The translations under genes were made by a program, and so were the position numbers. The notes under the pieces are model-generated. The model saw only the letters and a program-made list of their open reading frames with translations. It was not told the DNA's origin and did not search any database. Shown one piece after another: positions 46,917 through 59,247 of a stretch of DNA of 64,000 nucleotides (its first letter is position 1; each line of letters starts with the position of its first letter). This DNA is from Vicinamibacteria bacterium (lineage in GTDB: Bacteria; Acidobacteriota; Vicinamibacteria; Fen-336; JAGNNV01): the NCBI GenBank assembly GCA_031392925.1, contig JANMVV010000158.1, positions 8,760-72,759 on the forward strand, read 5' to 3'.

Positions 46917-47468
46917 TTACTTGGCGCCGGTCGCGCCGGCCTTACCGGCCTTCTTCTTGAGCACTTCGCCCACGTAGCGGATTCCCTTTTGCTTGTAGGG
47001 ATCGGGCGGACGCAGGTCGTGGATCTCGGCAGCCACCTGGCCCACCTTCTGCCGGTCGATGCCGGTGACCACGAGATGAGTCTGCTTGTCGACGGTGACG
47101 GTGACGCCGTCCTGGATAACGTACTCCACCGGGTGCGAGTAGCCGAGCGAGAACACGATCTTGTTCTTGCCTTCCGACTGCGCGCGGTAGCCGACGCCGA
47201 CGATGTCCATTTCCTTGCTGAACCCTTCGGTCACGCCCTTGATGGCGTTGTTTCCGAGCGCGCGCGCGAGACCATGGAACGCCCGCTGCTGGCGGTTGTC
47301 CTCTTTGCGGGCGTAGGAAAGCTCGGTGCCCTTCACCTCGGCGCTGATCCCGGGAGGAAGCGGAGCCTGGAGCGAGCCCTTGGGGCCCTTCACGGTCACA
47401 GAGCCCGCGGCGACACTGACGGTGACGCCTTTGGGGAGGGGGATGGGTTTGCGGCCTATGCGGGACAT
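46917..47468 (-). CDS. rplF: 50S ribosomal protein L6
   Basis: MSRIGRKPIPLPKGVTV... Confidence 0.9.
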   Translation of the reverse strand: MSRIGRKPIPLPKGVTVSVAAGSVTVKGPKGSLQAPLPPGISAEVKGTELSYARKEDNRQQRAFHGLARALGNNAIKGVTEGFSKEMDIVGVGYRAQSEGKNKIVFSLGYSHPVEYVIQDGVTVTVDKQTHLVVTGIDRQKVGQVAAEIHDLRPPDPYKQKGIRYVGEVLKKKAGKAGATGAK

Positions 47469-47476
47469 TTGGATGG

Positions 47477-47887
47477 TTACCAGACGTTGCAGAGGATCTC
47501 GCCGCCCACGCCAGCCTGGGTGGCGGCGCGACCGGTCATGAGACCCTTGGGGGTCGAAAGGATGTTGATGCCGAGGCCGCCGTAGACGCGGGGAATCCCG
47601 TCCTTGCGGCAGTAGATGCGGCAGCCGGGCTTGCTGACTCTCTGAAGGTCGGTGATGACCTTTTCGAGGTTCGGTCCGTAGCGAAGATAGATCCGGATCA
47701 TCGTCGGCTTCTGAGCCACGGGCTTGGGATCGCCGGGCTTGAAGTTGGCGATGTAGCCTTCTTCCTTGAGGATCTTCGCGATCTCCGTCTTCAGACGGGA
47801 TGCGGGCACGTCAACTTTGGGCGCGCGCGCCCGCACACCGTTGCGGATACGTGTGAGCATGTCCCCGATGGGGTCGGTCATATTCAT
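47477..47887 (-). CDS. rpsH: 30S ribosomal protein S8
   Basis: MTDPIGDMLTRIRNG... Confidence 0.9.
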   Translation of the reverse strand: MNMTDPIGDMLTRIRNGVRARAPKVDVPASRLKTEIAKILKEEGYIANFKPGDPKPVAQKPTMIRIYLRYGPNLEKVITDLQRVSKPGCRIYCRKDGIPRVYGGLGINILSTPKGLMTGRAATQAGVGGEILCNVW

Positions 47888-47945
47888 GAGCTTTGCTTAC
47901 CTTAAGAGGCCTTTACCGTTTCCAAGTAGGTCAGAGGGGAATGTC

Positions 47946-48131
47946 CTACCAGCTCGCCTTGATGACACCGGGGATTTCCCCGGCCAGGGCGAGTTGACGG
48001 AAGCAGATACGGCACATTTCGAACTTCCTGAGATACCCACGCGAACGGCCGCAACGGCGGCAGCGCGTGTAGGCCTGAACCGCGAAACGCGGTTTCTTGA
48101 GCGACTTTGCAATGAGCGAGGTCTTGGCCAC
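47946..48131 (-). CDS. rpsZ: 30S ribosomal protein S14 type Z (zinc-binding)
   Basis: It is 61 aa with the CxxC...CxxC pattern ([22 protein letters not shown]). Confidence 0.9.
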   Translation of the reverse strand: MAKTSLIAKSLKKPRFAVQAYTRCRRCGRSRGYLRKFEMCRICFRQLALAGEIPGVIKASW

Positions 48132-48202
48132 GAGTTCTCCTAAAGTCCTTGAGGAGCGCCGGCTCGACCAACGATGGTCCGGCGATCTTTCTTCATTTGG
48201 AT

Positions 48203-48236
48203 CCCGGCGCTTGCCCCCTTTAGGGGGTCCGCCGGG
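48203..48236. other. Compound GC-rich hairpin in the rpsZ-rplE intercistronic spacer (candidate regulatory/processing structure)
   Basis: The outer stem CCCGGCG pairs with CGCCGGG, enclosing an inner stem CCCCC-ttta-GGGGG. It lies in a 140-bp spacer where the two genes are normally adjacent. Confidence 0.4.
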
Positions 48237-48272
48237 ATACGCGGAGTGTTCATATCTTTTCTCTTCACTCTG

Positions 48273-48815
48273 CTAATTGCGGAAGGGCATGCCGAGGGCC
48301 TTGAGCAGTGCCCTGCCCTCAGCGTCGGTATTTGCGGTGGTGACGAAGGTGACGTTCATGCCGCGGAGCTTCTCGACCTTGGCGTAGTCGATCTCCGGAA
48401 AGATGATCTGGTCCTTGAGGCCGAGGGTGTAGTTCCCCCGCCCGTCGAAGGCGTTGTTGGAAAGACCGCGGAAGTCCCGGACGCGGGGCAGGGCGATGTT
48501 GAAGAGGCGGTCCACGAACTCGAACATCCGGTCGCCTCGAAGGGTGACGGTGGCGGCGATGGGCATGCCCTCGCGGACCTTGAACGCGGCGATCGCCTTC
48601 TTGGCCCGGCGAATGGCCGGCTTCTGGCCGACGATCCGCCCGAGTTCCTCGGCGGCGGCGTCGAGGATCTTGATGTTCTGGGTGGCTTCGCCGACGCCCA
48701 TGTTCAGGACCACGCTCTTGAGCCGGGGCACCGCCATCACGTTGGTATAGCCGCCCTCTTTCATCAGATGGGGAACCAGCGTCTTTGTGTACGCTTCCTT
48801 CAGTCTCGCGCTCAT
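48273..48815 (-). CDS. rplE: 50S ribosomal protein L5
   Basis: L5 pattern. Confidence 0.9.
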   Translation of the reverse strand: MSARLKEAYTKTLVPHLMKEGGYTNVMAVPRLKSVVLNMGVGEATQNIKILDAAAEELGRIVGQKPAIRRAKKAIAAFKVREGMPIAATVTLRGDRMFEFVDRLFNIALPRVRDFRGLSNNAFDGRGNYTLGLKDQIIFPEIDYAKVEKLRGMNVTFVTTANTDAEGRALLKALGMPFRN

Positions 48816-49174
48816 TTGTCGAGTACCTCACCGGTCTTGATGGCCACGCGGACCCGCTTGCCGTCCACCACCTTCGAACCCACGCGCGAGCGCTTGTTGT
48901 TCTCGGAGGCCACCACCATCACGTTGGAGGCGTGCACCGAGCCTTCGCGCTCGGCGATGCCGCCCTTGATGTTGCGCTGGGGGTTGGGCCTGGTGTGACG
49001 CTTGATCATCTGGACGCCCTGGACGATGACCCGTCCGGTGGCGCGATCCACTTCGAGAATCTTGCCGCGCTTCTTCCGGTCTTTGCCGGTGAGCACCTCG
49101 ACAAGGTCGCCCTTGCGAAGGCGGATCTTGTCCACCTTCTGGGGACCGTTCTTACGGGAAAACCTGAATGCCAT
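48812..49174 (-). CDS. rplX: 50S ribosomal protein L24
   Basis: It has a KOW motif. Confidence 0.9.
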   Translation of the reverse strand: MAFRFSRKNGPQKVDKIRLRKGDLVEVLTGKDRKKRGKILEVDRATGRVIVQGVQMIKRHTRPNPQRNIKGGIAEREGSVHASNVMVVASENNKRSRVGSKVVDGKRVRVAIKTGEVLDK

Positions 49175-49200
49175 GGTGTTTTTGTCTAAAGCCTTTGGAC

Positions 49201-49575
49201 CTAGAGAACCTCGGGGGCGAGGGAGACGATCTTCATGAACTTGCGGTCGCGCAGCTCGCGGGCCACCGGCCCGAAGACGCGCGTGCCCACCGGCTCGTTG
49301 TCTTCCTTGATAAGAACCGCGGCGTTGCGGTCGAAGCGGATATAGGAGCCGTCCTTGCGGCGCTGCTCCTTCTTCACGCGAACGATCACGGCCTTCACGA
49401 CCTTGCCCTTCTTGACGTTCTCGGGGGCTTCGGGCGTCGACTCCTTGACGTTGGCGGTGATGATGTCACCGAGGCCGGCGTAGCGGCCGGTGGAATTGCC
49501 GACGGGCAGGATGCACGAGATCTTTCGCGCCCCCGAGTTGTCGGCGACGTCGAGAACCGTTCTCATTTGAATCAT
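49201..49575 (-). CDS. rplN: 50S ribosomal protein L14
   Basis: [18 protein letters not shown]... Confidence 0.9.
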   Translation of the reverse strand: MIQMRTVLDVADNSGARKISCILPVGNSTGRYAGLGDIITANVKESTPEAPENVKKGKVVKAVIVRVKKEQRRKDGSYIRFDRNAAVLIKEDNEPVGTRVFGPVARELRDRKFMKIVSLAPEVL

Positions 49576-49578
49576 GGC

Positions 49579-49890
49579 TTACTCCGTGACCTTCGCCTTG
49601 TTCAGGACTTCGACCAGGCGCCACCGCTTGAGCTTCGAGAGCGGACGCGTTTCGACGATCTTCACCGTGTCCCCCGCCTTCGAGACGTTCTTTTCGTCGT
49701 GGGCGTGGAAGGTGGAGGTGCGGCGGATGATCTTCTTGTAGAAGGGGTGGCGGACGGACCGCTGGACCGCGACGGTGCGGGTCTTCTCCATCTTGTCGGA
49801 GATGACCACGCCCACCTTGGTGTTCTGGCGCCGCGCCTTTTCGGCCGGGGCTGTCTGCTCAACTGTCGATTGGGTCTGAGGGGCTGTCAT
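49579..49890 (-). CDS. rpsQ: 30S ribosomal protein S17
   Basis: S17 pattern. Confidence 0.9.
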   Translation of the reverse strand: MTAPQTQSTVEQTAPAEKARRQNTKVGVVISDKMEKTRTVAVQRSVRHPFYKKIIRRTSTFHAHDEKNVSKAGDTVKIVETRPLSKLKRWRLVEVLNKAKVTE

Positions 49891-49906
49891 GACGTTTCCT
49901 TAATTC

Positions 49907-50107
49907 CTACGCCTTGGCGGCGCGCTTCTTCTCGGACGCGATGGTCAGCGTCCTGGCGAGGTCGCGCTTGCTGGTGCGCTTGCTGGCGGAGCTTTCCAGC
50001 TGCCCCATCGAGTGCTGGAAGCGCAGCTTGAAGATCCGCTCGCGCTGCTCCTTCTCCAGGGTGGTCAAGGCCTCGGGGGCCATTTCTCTGAGTTTCTCGA
50101 TTTTCAC
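49907..50107 (-). CDS. rpmC: 50S ribosomal protein L29
   Basis: L29 pattern. Confidence 0.85.
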   Translation of the reverse strand: MKIEKLREMAPEALTTLEKEQRERIFKLRFQHSMGQLESSASKRTSKRDLARTLTIASEKKRAAKA

Positions 50108-50114
50108 CGCAGAA

Positions 50115-50540
50115 TTACCTCGTCACTTCCATCTCGAACCGGCGGACGAACTTCGTCTTCACGTTCAGCTTGTGGGAGGCGAGACGGAACGCCTCTTTCG
50201 CCATCTCCTCGGTCACGCCTTCCATCTCGTAGAGGACGCGTCCGGGCTTGACCACGGCGACCCAATGATCAGGAGCGCCTTTGCCCTTGCCCATTCGAGT
50301 TTCCTGCGGCTTCTTGGTGACCGGCTTGTCCGGGAAGATGCGGATCCACATCCGGCCCTCGCGCTTGACGTGACGCGAGATGGCGATGCGCGCGGCTTCG
50401 ATCTGACGGTCGGTCACCCACGCCACTTCCGTGGACTTGAGGCCGTAATCGCCGAACGACACCGTGCTCCCCGACCAGGCCTTGCCGGCCCGCTTTCCGC
50501 GCTGCTGCTTGCGGTACTTGACCTTCTTGGGCATCAGCAT
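50115..50540 (-). CDS. rplP: 50S ribosomal protein L16
   Basis: [15 protein letters not shown]... Confidence 0.9.
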   Translation of the reverse strand: MLMPKKVKYRKQQRGKRAGKAWSGSTVSFGDYGLKSTEVAWVTDRQIEAARIAISRHVKREGRMWIRIFPDKPVTKKPQETRMGKGKGAPDHWVAVVKPGRVLYEMEGVTEEMAKEAFRLASHKLNVKTKFVRRFEMEVTR

Positions 50541-50544
50541 GGTT

Positions 50545-51228
50545 CTAGACTCCCGCCCCGAGGGTCGAGCCGGCCTGGGCCAGGTTGCGGCTGCGCGCCG
50601 AAACCGGCTCGGATTCGCCGTTGTAGATCCAGCACTTCACACCGATGCGGCCGTAGGTGGTCTTCGCTTCGGAGAAGCCGTAGTCGATGTCGGCGCGGAT
50701 GGTGTGCAACGGCAGCTGGCCGTGCAGGTACCACTCGGAGCGCGCGATCTCCGCGCCGTTCAGGCGACCGGAGACGCGGATCTTGATGCCCTTGGCGCCG
50801 AAGCGGAGAGCGGATTCGACCGCCTTACGCATGGCGCGGCGGAAAGCGATGCGCTTCTCGAGCTGGCCGGAGACCGACTCCGACACGAGCTGAGCGTCGA
50901 GCTCGGGCTTGAGGATCTCCTGGATGTTGATGAAGACCTCCTTGCCGGTGCTCTTCTGGAGCTCCTGCTTGAGCTTCTCGACTTCCTGACCCTTCTTGCC
51001 GATGATGATGCCGGGGCGCGAAGTGAAGATGCCGACCTTCAGCTTGTTGGTGGCGCGCTCGATCTCGATCTTGGCGACCCCCGCGTGCTGGAAGCGGGCC
51101 TTCAGATCCTTCTTGAGCTTGAGATCCTCGTGGAGGAGCTTGGCGTAGTCGGCCGCCGCGAACCAGCGGCTGCGCCAGGGCTTGTTGTATCCGAGCCGCA
51201 GGCCCGTAGGGTGGACTTTTTGACCCAT
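50545..51228 (-). CDS. rpsC: 30S ribosomal protein S3
   Basis: [13 protein letters not shown]... Confidence 0.95.
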   Translation of the reverse strand: MGQKVHPTGLRLGYNKPWRSRWFAAADYAKLLHEDLKLKKDLKARFQHAGVAKIEIERATNKLKVGIFTSRPGIIIGKKGQEVEKLKQELQKSTGKEVFINIQEILKPELDAQLVSESVSGQLEKRIAFRRAMRKAVESALRFGAKGIKIRVSGRLNGAEIARSEWYLHGQLPLHTIRADIDYGFSEAKTTYGRIGVKCWIYNGESEPVSARSRNLAQAGSTLGAGV

Positions 51229-51234
51229 GGTCGG

Positions 51235-51591
51235 TTATTCCTTTTCCGCCAGATGAACCACGATGTGCGTGGTGCGCTTGATCGTTTGATACGCGCGGCC
51301 CATGGGAGCGGGACGAACGCGCTTGAAGGACGGGCCCTGGTTCGCGTACGCCTGCGAGACCACGAGGTCTTCCTCATCGAGGCGGCGCTGCTGAACGCGC
51401 TCCGCTTCCTGGGTGGCATTGGCGATGGCGGAACGGAGCACCTTCTCGACGCTCTTCGCGACCTTCTTCTCGGAGAACTGGAGCACCGCGATGGCGTCGC
51501 TCACGGACTTTCCGCGAATGGTCGCGAGCACGAGCCCCGTCTTCTGGGCCGAGGTGCGGATGTACTTGGCTTCAGCCTTGACTTCGAGCAT
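51235..51591 (-). CDS. rplV: 50S ribosomal protein L22
   Basis: L22 pattern. Confidence 0.9.
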   Translation of the reverse strand: MLEVKAEAKYIRTSAQKTGLVLATIRGKSVSDAIAVLQFSEKKVAKSVEKVLRSAIANATQEAERVQQRRLDEEDLVVSQAYANQGPSFKRVRPAPMGRAYQTIKRTTHIVVHLAEKE

Positions 51592-51597
51592 GAGCGG

Positions 51598-51918
51598 TTA
51601 GGCCTTTCCCGCCACGGCGCCAGGTGCGGCCGCGGCCGCGGTCTTCGCCACCTTCTCGACCTTGCTGGAGTGGCTCTTGAACGTGCGGGTGGGCGAGAAC
51701 TCGCCGAGCTTGTGCCCGACCATGCTCTCGGAGACGTACACCGGGACGAACTTGCGCCCGTTGTGCACCGCGATGGTGTTGCCCACCATCTCGGGGAAGA
51801 TGGTCGACCGGCGCGACCAGGTCTTGATGACCTTCTTTTCCATCGACTTGTTCTGCTCTTCGACCTTCTTGAGCAGATGGCCGTCGATGAACGGGCCCTT
51901 TGAAGTTGATCTAGCCAT
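51598..51918 (-). CDS. rpsS: 30S ribosomal protein S19
   Basis: [19 protein letters not shown]... with a short Ala-rich C-terminal tail. Confidence 0.9.
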   Translation of the reverse strand: MARSTSKGPFIDGHLLKKVEEQNKSMEKKVIKTWSRRSTIFPEMVGNTIAVHNGRKFVPVYVSESMVGHKLGEFSPTRTFKSHSSKVEKVAKTAAAAAPGAVAGKA

Positions 51919-51924
51919 TAAGTC

Positions 51925-52746
51925 CTACTTCCGCCTCTTCACGATCATGGATTGCGTGCGCTTGTTGCGGCGCGTCTTGTAACCCTTGGTGGGCTTGCCC
52001 CACGGCGTCACCGGATGGCGGCCGCCGGAGGTCCGGCCCTCGCCACCACCATGAGGATGGTCGACGGGGTTCATGGAAACGCCTCGGTTGTGCGGCTTCT
52101 TGCCCAGCCACCGCTTGCGGCCGGCCTTGCCGTGCTTCACGTTCTTGTGCTCGGAGTTGCCCACCTGGCCGATGGTGGCCTTGCACAGGACATGGACCCT
52201 GCGGATCTCGCCCGACGGCAGCTTGATCTGCGAGTAGTCGCCCTCTTTGGCCACAAGCTGGGCGCCGACGCCCGCGCTCCTGACCATCTGCGCGCCCTTG
52301 CCGGGGCGGAGTTCGATGTTGTGGATGATCGTGCCCGCGGGGATCTGCTGGATGGGCATCGAATTCCCGGGGAGGATGTCTGCGCCCTCTCCGGAAATGA
52401 CCGTCTTCCCCACCACGAGACCGTCGGGACACAGGATGTAACGCTTCTCGCCGTCCGTGTAGTGGAGGAGGGCCAGCCGGGCCGAGCGGTTCGGATCGTA
52501 CTCAATGGCCGCGACCTTCGCAGTGATGCCATCCTTGTTGCGTTTGAAGTCGATGACGCGGTAGCGACGCTTGTGGCCGCCCCCTCTGAACCGGATGGTG
52601 AGACGACCGCGCGAGTCGCGGCCGCCCGACTTCTTGAGGGGCTCGGTGAGCGCCTTTTCGGGCCGCGTCTTCGTGATCTCGTCGAACGACGGAGTCACCA
52701 TGAAGCGGCGGCTTGGGGTTGTAGCAGCGTAGGTCTTGAGAGCCAT
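51925..52746 (-). CDS. rplB: 50S ribosomal protein L2
   Basis: L2 pattern. Confidence 0.95.
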   Translation of the reverse strand: MALKTYAATTPSRRFMVTPSFDEITKTRPEKALTEPLKKSGGRDSRGRLTIRFRGGGHKRRYRVIDFKRNKDGITAKVAAIEYDPNRSARLALLHYTDGEKRYILCPDGLVVGKTVISGEGADILPGNSMPIQQIPAGTIIHNIELRPGKGAQMVRSAGVGAQLVAKEGDYSQIKLPSGEIRRVHVLCKATIGQVGNSEHKNVKHGKAGRKRWLGKKPHNRGVSMNPVDHPHGGGEGRTSGGRHPVTPWGKPTKGYKTRRNKRTQSMIVKRRK

Positions 52747-52772
52747 TGTGGTTTCTTAGTTAGACCGCATTC

Positions 52773-53066
52773 TTAGACGGCTTCATGGAACTCGATCATC
52801 TTCTCGCCCTCTTTGAGGAGGACGTAGGCCTTCTTCCAGTCGGGACGGTGACCCTGGTAGCGACCCTGGCGGCGAAGCTTGCCGGGCATGTTCGCCACGC
52901 GGACCTGCTCGACCTTCACGCTGAACAGCTTCTCCACCGCCTTCTTGATCTCGGGCTTGGTGGCATCGCGATGCACCTCGAAGACGAGAGTGCGGATGGT
53001 CTCCTTCTGGAGGGTGGTCTTCTCCGTCACGAGCGGGCGACGGATGACTTCAAAAATGGTGTTCAT
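52773..53066 (-). CDS. rplW: 50S ribosomal protein L23
   Basis: L23 pattern. Confidence 0.85.
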   Translation of the reverse strand: MNTIFEVIRRPLVTEKTTLQKETIRTLVFEVHRDATKPEIKKAVEKLFSVKVEQVRVANMPGKLRRQGRYQGHRPDWKKAYVLLKEGEKMIEFHEAV

Positions 53067-53905
53067 CGGGCGAGTCTCTCTTCAAGTCGCGAGAGGGCCG
53101 CGGTGGTGACCGCGAGCGTCTTGCAGTTGAGGATGTCGTAAACGGTCAGGTGCGATGTCTCGATCACCCGGAAGCCCGGGATGTTGCGGCTCGAGAGGAG
53201 GAGGGCGTCGGACGGCTCGCTCTCTACGTAGATCGTCTTGCCGTCGAAGTTCATGGCGTCGATCGCGGCCTTCAAGACCTTGGTCTTAGGCTCGTCGGCG
53301 CGGAGGGAGTCGACGATCCGGAGCGAACCGGTGCGGTTCTTGGTCGAAAGGGCCTGCCGAAGAGCGGCGGTGAGGGCCTTCTTCGGCATGGAGTAGGAGT
53401 AGTCGCGGGGGGTGGGTCCGAAGACCGTGCCGCCGTGACGCCACAGGGGCGTGCGCTTGTCGCCGACCCGCGCCTGACCGGTGCCCTTCTGCTTCCAGGG
53501 CTTTTTGCCGGAGCCGGACACGTCGCCGCGGCTCTTGGTCTTGTGGGTGCCCGCGCGCCCGCCGGCGCGATAGAGCTTGACCGCCTCATAGAGGAGGTGA
53601 TCGTTCGGACGCAGTTCGAACACGGAGGGAGCGAGCTTCACCTGTCCGGAAGCCTTGCCGCCCGCACCCGTGACGATGAGCGAGCCGTCGGCCGCCTTGG
53701 TCTCGAGCTTCGCCTTGGGCTCGGCCTTGACCTTCGCGACCCTGGAGGGCTTCTCGGCCCTGGCCGCCTTCGCGGGAGCGGGCTTCGCCGCCTTCGCAGC
53801 AGCAGGGGCCTTGGCTTTGGGCGCCGCCGCCGCCTTCTTGGCCGGCTTTTCCGCCTTCGCCTTGGGGGCGGTCTTCACCGTTTTGCTCTTGGGGGATTCA
53901 GCCAT
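53063..53905 (-). CDS. rplD: 50S ribosomal protein L4 (with ~70-aa Ala/Lys/Pro-rich N-terminal extension)
   Basis: It has the L4 core, preceded by AKP-repeat histone-H1-like low-complexity sequence. Confidence 0.9.
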   Translation of the reverse strand: MAESPKSKTVKTAPKAKAEKPAKKAAAAPKAKAPAAAKAAKPAPAKAARAEKPSRVAKVKAEPKAKLETKAADGSLIVTGAGGKASGQVKLAPSVFELRPNDHLLYEAVKLYRAGGRAGTHKTKSRGDVSGSGKKPWKQKGTGQARVGDKRTPLWRHGGTVFGPTPRDYSYSMPKKALTAALRQALSTKNRTGSLRIVDSLRADEPKTKVLKAAIDAMNFDGKTIYVESEPSDALLLSSRNIPGFRVIETSHLTVYDILNCKTLAVTTAALSRLEERLAR

Positions 53906-53915
53906 TTTCGTCCCC

Positions 53916-54563
53916 TTACTTTCCGGTCCGGCGCGTGCCGGCCTTGTTGACGATGACGTAGGAGGAAATGGACCCGGGCACCGCGCCCTTCACGACCAGG
54001 ATATTGTTCTCGGCGTCGATCTCGACCACCTGGATGTTCTTGGTGGTGACTTGTTCGTCGCCCATGTGACCGGCCGCTCGCAGGCCCTTGATGACGCGCG
54101 AGGGGAAGGCCGAGGCGCCGATCCCGCCGGGAGCCCGGTGGTGCATGGAGCCGTGGGTCCCGTCGCCGCCACGGAAGTGGTGACGCTTGACCACGCCGGC
54201 GAAGCCCTTGCCCTTGCTGGTCCCGGTGACGCTCACCATGTCCCCCGGACCGAAGAGGGAAACGTTCACCTTGTCGCCCGGGCTGATCGCCTCGGAGTCG
54301 GGAACGCGGAACTCGCGGATCATGCGCGTCGGCGGGATGCCCGCCTTCTTGAAGTGACCCTGCATGGGCTTGGTGGTGTGCTTCACTCGCTTGTCTTCGA
54401 CAAAGCCGACCTGGACCGCCGAGTAGCCGTGTTTCGCGGTGGTTTTACGCTCGACGACGACGCAGGGACCCGCGGTGAGGACGGTGGCAGGAATAGCTCT
54501 GCCGTCCTTCCCATAGACCTGGGTCATGCCGACTTTTCTTGCGATGATTCCCTGAACTGGCAT
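53916..54563 (-). CDS. rplC: 50S ribosomal protein L3
   Basis: L3 pattern. Confidence 0.9.
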   Translation of the reverse strand: MPVQGIIARKVGMTQVYGKDGRAIPATVLTAGPCVVVERKTTAKHGYSAVQVGFVEDKRVKHTTKPMQGHFKKAGIPPTRMIREFRVPDSEAISPGDKVNVSLFGPGDMVSVTGTSKGKGFAGVVKRHHFRGGDGTHGSMHHRAPGGIGASAFPSRVIKGLRAAGHMGDEQVTTKNIQVVEIDAENNILVVKGAVPGSISSYVIVNKAGTRRTGK

Positions 54564-54580
54564 TGGTGATTCCTGCGCGC

Positions 54581-54916
54581 CTACGCGCGAGCGTGCTCCT
54601 TGCCGAAAGCCTTGATCTCGACATCGACGCCGGCCGGTAGATCGAGCTTCATCAACGCGTCCACCGTTTGAGGGGTGGGCTCGCAGATGTCGATGATTCG
54701 CTTGTGGGTGCGAATCTCAAACTGTTCGCGACTCTTCTTGTCGACGTGAGGCGAGCGCAGGACGGTCCAGCGGTTCTTGATGGTCGGGAGCGGGATGGGG
54801 CCGGCCACCCGCGCGCCGGTCCTCTTCGCGGTGTCGACGATCTCGGACGTGGACTGATCCAGGACGCGGTAATCGAACGCGCGCAACCGGATCCGGATCT
54901 TCTCGTTGAGCATCAT
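54581..54916 (-). CDS. rpsJ: 30S ribosomal protein S10
   Basis: S10 pattern. Confidence 0.9.
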   Translation of the reverse strand: MMLNEKIRIRLRAFDYRVLDQSTSEIVDTAKRTGARVAGPIPLPTIKNRWTVLRSPHVDKKSREQFEIRTHKRIIDICEPTPQTVDALMKLDLPAGVDVEIKAFGKEHARA

Positions 54917-54962
54917 GGCTTTGGTGGACTCGCTTCTTTAATCGACGGTGTGGCAGCGGTGA

Positions 54963-56156
<1,194 letters not shown>

Positions 56157-56217
56157 GGCTTTTGCTCCTGAGGATCTATCTGGTTGCTTTGCTGAAAGTT
56201 AAAAGTTCTTTGAGGAC

Positions 56218-58317
56218 TTACGTGGTGCGCTGCGCCTTGCCGGACGACTTGGCGATGACTTCTTCGGCGACGTTCCGGGGCGCTTCTTCGTACTTCTCGA
56301 AGTGCATCGTGTAGGTCGCGCGTCCCTGCGTGCGCGACCGCAGGTCCGTGGAATAACCGAACATGTTGGAAAGAGGAACCAGCGCGTTGATGAGGTTGGT
56401 GCCGCCGCGCGAGGTCTGGCCCTGGAGCTGACCGCGGCGGGACGACAGGTCTCCGGAGACAACCCCGGTGTACTCGTCGGGGGTGACCACTTCGACCTTC
56501 ATAATGGGCTCGAGAATGACGGGATCGGCCTTGCGCGCGCCATTTTGAATGGCGAGCGAGCCCGCCAGCTTGAACGCCATTTCACTGGAGTCGACGTCGT
56601 GGTAGCTGCCGTCGTAGAGCCGAACATGGACGTCCACCATGGGAAAGCCGGCCAGGACGCCGCGTTCGAGCGCTTCCTTGACCCCCATCTCGATGGGCTT
56701 GATGAATTCCTTGGGAATCGATCCGCCGGTCAGGTCGTTCTCGAACACGAAGCCCAGGCCGGGATTCGGCGCGCATTCGATCTTGCAATGTCCATACTGG
56801 CCCTTGCCGCCGCTCTGCTTGATCCACTTGCCTTCGGCCAGCGCCTTCTTGCGGATGGTCTCGCGGTAGGCGACCTGGGGCTTGCCCACGTTCGCTTCCA
56901 CGCCGAACTCGCGTTTCAACCGGTCCACGATGATCTCAAGATGGAGTTCGCCCATGCCGGAGATCTTGGTCTGGTTGGTCTCGGGATCGCTCTCGACCTT
57001 GAAGGTCGGATCTTCCTGCATGAGCTTGCCCAGACCGACGCCCATCTTTTCCTGGTCGGTCTTGGTCTTGGGCTCGACGGCCAGGGAGATGACGGGAGCC
57101 GGGAACACGATGGCTTCCAGAAGGACAGGCTTGTCGCCGTCGCAGATGGTGTCCCCGGTGGACACGTTCTTGAGGCCGATCGCGGCCGCGATATCGCCCG
57201 CGTAGATCTCCTTGATCTCTTCGCGCTTGTTCGCGTGCATCTTGACCAGGCGGCCGATGCGCTCGCGCGTGCCCTTGGTGGCGTTCAGGAGGGTGTCTCC
57301 CGCCTTCATCTGGCCGGAGTACACGCGGATGAACGCGAGCTGGCCGACGAAGGGATCGGTCATGATCTTGAAAACGAGGCCAGAGAAGGGCGCGCTGTCA
57401 TCGCAGGGACGCTCGACCGGCTGCCGCGTGTCCGGATCGATGGCGACGGTCGGCGGGATGTCGAGGGGCGAGGGCAGGTAGGCGATGACCGCGTCGAGCA
57501 TGGGCTGCACGCCCTTGTTCTTGAACGCGGTGCCGCAGACCACCGGGAAGAGCTTGAGCGCGATGGTGGCCCGGCGGATGCCGGCCTTCAGCTCGGCGGT
57601 GGTGATCTCTTCACCCTTGAGGAACTTGTCGGTGAGGTGATCGTCGACCTCCGAGACCGTCTCGATGAGGTGGTCGCGGGAGAGCTTGGCCTCTTCGAGC
57701 ATGTCGGCGGGGACCTCTTCCGTCTTGTACTCGGCGCCCATGGTCTCGTCTTCGTACCGGTACGCCTTCATCTCGACGAGGTCGATCACGCCGATGAACT
57801 TGTCCTCGGCGCCGATGGGAAGCTGGATCGCCACCGGGGTCTTGGCCGAGAGGCGATCGATCATCATGTCGATGCAGTGCTGGAAATCGGCGCCCACGCG
57901 GTCCATCTTGTTGATGAAGGCGATGCGGGGGACGTTGTACTTGTCGGCCTGGCGCCACACCGTCTCGGACTGGGGCTGCACGCCGGAGACCGCGTCGAAG
58001 ACCGCGACCGCGCCGTCCAAAACCCGGAGCGAACGCTCGACCTCAGCGGTGAAGTCGACGTGGCCCGGAGTGTCGATGATGTTGATCCGGTGGTCTTTCC
58101 AGAAGCACGTGGTCGCGGCGGAGGTGATGGTGATGCCACGCTCCTGCTCCTGCTCCATCCAGTCCATGGTGGCGGTGCCGTCGTGGACTTCACCGATCTT
58201 GTAGTTGACACCGGTGTAGAAAAGAATCCGCTCGGTCGTCGTGGTCTTGCCCGCGTCGATATGCGCGGCAATCCCGATGTTGCGGGTCTTTTCGAGAGAG
58301 GTAGAACGAGCAGCCAC
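56218..58317 (-). CDS. fusA: Elongation factor G (canonical)
   Basis: [27 protein letters not shown]. Confidence 0.95.
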   Translation of the reverse strand: MAARSTSLEKTRNIGIAAHIDAGKTTTTERILFYTGVNYKIGEVHDGTATMDWMEQEQERGITITSAATTCFWKDHRINIIDTPGHVDFTAEVERSLRVLDGAVAVFDAVSGVQPQSETVWRQADKYNVPRIAFINKMDRVGADFQHCIDMMIDRLSAKTPVAIQLPIGAEDKFIGVIDLVEMKAYRYEDETMGAEYKTEEVPADMLEEAKLSRDHLIETVSEVDDHLTDKFLKGEEITTAELKAGIRRATIALKLFPVVCGTAFKNKGVQPMLDAVIAYLPSPLDIPPTVAIDPDTRQPVERPCDDSAPFSGLVFKIMTDPFVGQLAFIRVYSGQMKAGDTLLNATKGTRERIGRLVKMHANKREEIKEIYAGDIAAAIGLKNVSTGDTICDGDKPVLLEAIVFPAPVISLAVEPKTKTDQEKMGVGLGKLMQEDPTFKVESDPETNQTKISGMGELHLEIIVDRLKREFGVEANVGKPQVAYRETIRKKALAEGKWIKQSGGKGQYGHCKIECAPNPGLGFVFENDLTGGSIPKEFIKPIEMGVKEALERGVLAGFPMVDVHVRLYDGSYHDVDSSEMAFKLAGSLAIQNGARKADPVILEPIMKVEVVTPDEYTGVVSGDLSSRRGQLQGQTSRGGTNLINALVPLSNMFGYSTDLRSRTQGRATYTMHFEKYEEAPRNVAEEVIAKSSGKAQRTT

Positions 58318-58352
58318 GATTGTTTCTCAGGCGTCCTTAAGGGGGGAACCAA

Positions 58353-58823
58353 TTACCAGCGGTAGTGGGCGAAGGCCTTGTTGGCCTCGGCCATCTTGTG
58401 AACGTCGTCCTTCTTCTTCATGGCCCCGCCACGAAGGTTCGACGCGTCCAGCAGTTCGTTTGAAAGCTTGTTGATCATGCCGCGCTCCGAGCGGAGGCGC
58501 GCGTAGCTGATGATCCAGCGGATGCCCAGGGAGTTGCGGCGGTTGGGGTTCACTTCGATCGGAACCTGGTAGTTCGAACCGCCCACGCGACGGCTCTTTA
58601 CCTCGAGCGTCGGCTTCACGTTCTCGACCGCCTTCTTGAAGAGCTTGAGCGGATCGTCCTGGGTCTTCTCATGGATGGCCTTGAGCGCGCCGTACATGAT
58701 CTGCTGGGCGGTGGACTTCTTGCCATCGCTCATCAGGCAGTTCACGAACTTCGTGACCAGGGTCGAGTTGTAGAGAGGATCGGGGAGAACATCCCGCTTC
58801 GGTACGGTGCCGCGACGTGGCAT
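58353..58823 (-). CDS. rpsG: 30S ribosomal protein S7
   Basis: [20 protein letters not shown]... Confidence 0.9.
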   Translation of the reverse strand: MPRRGTVPKRDVLPDPLYNSTLVTKFVNCLMSDGKKSTAQQIMYGALKAIHEKTQDDPLKLFKKAVENVKPTLEVKSRRVGGSNYQVPIEVNPNRRNSLGIRWIISYARLRSERGMINKLSNELLDASNLRGGAMKKKDDVHKMAEANKAFAHYRW

Positions 58824-59247
58824 TTGCTTTAGCGCTCCAGACTTCTACGGAAAACTTGAGTTGACGGTCTTTCGAAAACCTGCAAGAACTTAGGTTTGCA
58901 AAGACCCTTGGAGCACTCCCTCGGGGGACACCCCCAGGGGTTTCGACGCGGCACGACCAGAATCAGGGTTCGTTGACTGCTTTCGACCCTGATGCGATCC
59001 GCTGCATCGAGCGTGGCTCAAGGATCTTTCGCCCAATCGCTGAATCAGCTTTGGGGGCTGCTTCAGAGCTTCTGTGGCGGGATTTCCCAGGCTTCTCTTG
59101 ATTTACTTTTGTCTTCGAGATCTCGGATTTGCACCCGATTCACGATTCGGTTGACCTCGAAGGGACGGCGATCTTACGCGAAAACTCTTAAAAACTAAAC
59201 TGTTGCAGACACAATTCCCCGGAAAGGGAGAGGTGCCCGGGAGCGAA

